A DNA stretch of 16,064 nt from Gemmatimonadales bacterium (lineage in GTDB: Bacteria > Gemmatimonadota > Gemmatimonadetes > Gemmatimonadales > GWC2-71-9), in contig JBBQFH010000045.1 of NCBI GenBank assembly GCA_038321865.1, positions 1 through 16,064 on the forward strand. Reading direction: 5' to 3'. Of the stretch, positions 15,147 to 16,064 are shown in pieces (the stretch's first letter is position 1; each line of letters begins with the position of its first letter). A model generated the notes under the pieces. That model worked only from the letters and a program-made list of their open reading frames with translations, did no database searches and was not told the DNA's origin. Both the position numbers and the translations under genes were made by a program.

Positions 15147-16064
15147 TCAGGCTTCGTCGGCAGGGGTGGGCGGAGCCAGGGCTTCGACGTATCCCGGGCG
15201 CCCCAGCGCGGCGAAGGTAAGCCGCTTCCCGAGCTCCACGCCCGGCTGGTCGAACGGATCGACGCCGTACCACGCGCCGGCATAGCCGGCCGCGATTTGA
15301 AAGAACATGACCAGCTCGCCGAGCGTCTCCGCGCTCAGATCGGGGAGCCGAAGCGTGAGGTTCATGCGCCCCATGCGGGAGAGCGCGGCCGAGGTCGCGT
15401 CGCATTCGGCGTTCAGGAGGCCGCCGAGGGTATGGCCGGGGAGATAGGCAAGATCATCAGGCAGACCCGACCCGCCCGGTATCGTCACCTCCTCGCCGAA
15501 CTGCTCGACCCGGATGAAGCTGACGACCTTGTCGAACGGCCCCTCCATGTAGAGCTGCACCTGGCTGTGCTGGTCCGTCGCGCCCACCGCCGTGACCGGC
15601 GTCGGCCCGACGAACACGGGCTGGCCCCGACGATCCAGGCGCTTGCCGAGACTCTCCGCCCACAACTGGCGGTACCACTCGCCGAATTCGCGCAGTCGAT
15701 CGGCGTACGGCATCAACACGTGCACCCGGGCGCCGGCCATGGAATCGGCCGCCCACAGCAGCGCGGCGTACAGCGCGGCGGGATTGGTGGCGAGCTCGTC
15801 GGACTCCGCCCGGTCTACCGCGCGCTGGGCGCCGGTGAGCAGGGCGCCGATGTCCACCCCGATGAGCGCGGCGGGCAGCAGGCCTACGGGCGAGAGGACG
15901 CTGTACCGACCACCGACACCTGGAGGGATGGCCAGCGTGGCAATCTTGTCGCGCAGCGCCAGCTCCCGCAGCGCCCCCTTCAGCGGATCGGTGGTGAATA
16001 CCAGGTGGCGGTGGGCCCCGGACCCGAGCGCCTCGTCGAGCCACGCCCGGACCACGAGGTATTG
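15147..16064 (-). CDS. pgi: Glucose-6-phosphate isomerase, 5'-truncated by the window edge
   Basis: VGGRYSVLSPVG, QLWAESLGK, GATDQHSQVQLY, DPFDQPGVELGK. The frame is open to base 16064. Confidence 0.96.
   Translation of the reverse strand, partial: QYLVVRAWLDEALGSGAHRHLVFTTDPLKGALRELALRDKIATLAIPPGVGGRYSVLSPVGLLPAALIGVDIGALLTGAQRAVDRAESDELATNPAALYAALLWAADSMAGARVHVLMPYADRLREFGEWYRQLWAESLGKRLDRRGQPVFVGPTPVTAVGATDQHSQVQLYMEGPFDKVVSFIRVEQFGEEVTIPGGSGLPDDLAYLPGHTLGGLLNAECDATSAALSRMGRMNLTLRLPDLSAETLGELVMFFQIAAGYAGAWYGVDPFDQPGVELGKRLTFAALGRPGYVEALAPPTPADEA

Overview
GC-rich bacterial core-genome window; gene content and protein style suggest Gemmatimonadota or a related lineage (inference, not verified). 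No mobile elements, CRISPR arrays, tRNA or rRNA were seen. The + strand carries a 5'-truncated S9 peptidase, a 4-TM phage-holin-family (YvlD-like) gene and ppk1, which converge with a 7-nt overlap on a long - strand gene run: pgi (5'-truncated), class II aldolase, YtxH protein, YihY/BrkB protein, SRP RNA (ffs), dnaX, ybaB, recR, a small membrane ORF, mglB, mglA, pgsA-like, cinA, grpE, dnaJ. The most interesting signals are: (1) an MglB/MglA GTPase polarity module whose MglA has a ~32-aa insertion and which is coupled to an unannotated 89-aa membrane-anchored, HEAT-like ORF; (2) an SRP RNA whose GNRA tetraloop is replaced by a UUGCC pentaloop; (3) a probable CUG start for the yihY gene; (4) a promoter immediately followed by a terminator-like hairpin in the aldolase leader; (5) a long aldolase with an altered KxN motif; (6) grpE-dnaJ without dnaK.
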